From positions 1,488,001 to 1,552,000 of the forward strand of contig NW_027271231.1 of assembly GCF_040938485.1 (NCBI RefSeq): a DNA stretch of 64,000 nt. Direction: 5' to 3'. The notes beneath the pieces were generated by a model, which did no database searches, was not told the origin of the DNA, and saw only the letters and a list, made by a program, of their open reading frames with translations. Below, piece by piece: positions 63,651-64,000 of the stretch (position 1 is its first letter; each line of letters begins with the position of its first letter). Position numbers and translations under genes: made by a program. Origin of the DNA: Diadema antillarum (Eukaryota).

Positions 63651-64000
63651 GGCTAAAACGCCTTCTATATGGAGAAAAAGAAGTTGGGTGGAAATTATTT
63701 TTTGACTCCTGTTTTAGTACAGTAGGAGGTAGATTCCTGTTTATGTGTGACTTTGATTCATCTATTATGACAGATAATGTACCACCTTTTTATTCGGAAA
63801 TATTGAAGGTTTGGCTCGATATCTATAAATATAGACAATTGGAAAATGAGGTTGTAAATCCAATAATATTTAATAATAGGAGTGTACGCATAGTAGGTAG
63901 GATGTTTTTTTCATAGAGATTTATTTGATGCAGGAATAATTACAATACAAGATATATTAGATAACGGTCATTTGAGATCTCAGTCACATTTTCAAAGCTT
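63650..64000 (+). mobile_element. 5'-truncated L1/Tx1-clade LINE ORF2 fragment (post-RT region)
   Basis: WLKRLL...WKLFF...GGRFLFMCDF...PPFYSEILKVW...IIFNNRSVRI...(frameshift) DLFDAGIITIQDI resembles the W-x-K-R-L / P-x-F-Y-x-x-I-L-x-x-W / W-N-N region of Tx1/L1 ORF2. Runs off the window end. Confidence 0.65.

Overview
This is eukaryotic (animal) genomic DNA with spliceosomal GT-AG introns. The repeat families and gene content resemble an echinoderm such as a sea urchin, which is an inference. I built five protein-coding gene models by hand from splice sites and reading-frame continuity. (1) RNF14, an RWD-RBR E3 ligase: minus strand, 7 coding exons, 518 aa. (2) An unrecognised 2-coding-exon gene: plus strand, 558 aa. 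(3) A lengsin-like class I glutamine-synthetase homologue with an intronless CDS that has lost three metal-binding glutamates: plus strand, 450 aa. (4) PLK4: minus strand, 17 coding exons, 1076 aa, with a spliced leader carrying two upstream ORFs. (5) A single-domain TIMP/NTR protein with a signal peptide, an RGD motif and a GPI-type C-terminal tail: plus strand, 4 exons, 181 aa. Introns and intergenic DNA are dense with non-autonomous transposons (hAT-, Kolobok-, piggyBac-, Harbinger-, Sola-, Academ- and Tc1/mariner-like MITEs, plus Helentron-type HINE elements). There is also a 735-bp near-perfect palindrome, a full-length but frameshifted CR1/L2-group LINE ORF2, an L1/Tx1 fragment and two N-gaps. 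I could not support any tRNA, rRNA or CRISPR array. All alignments and family assignments were made by eye, with no database searches.
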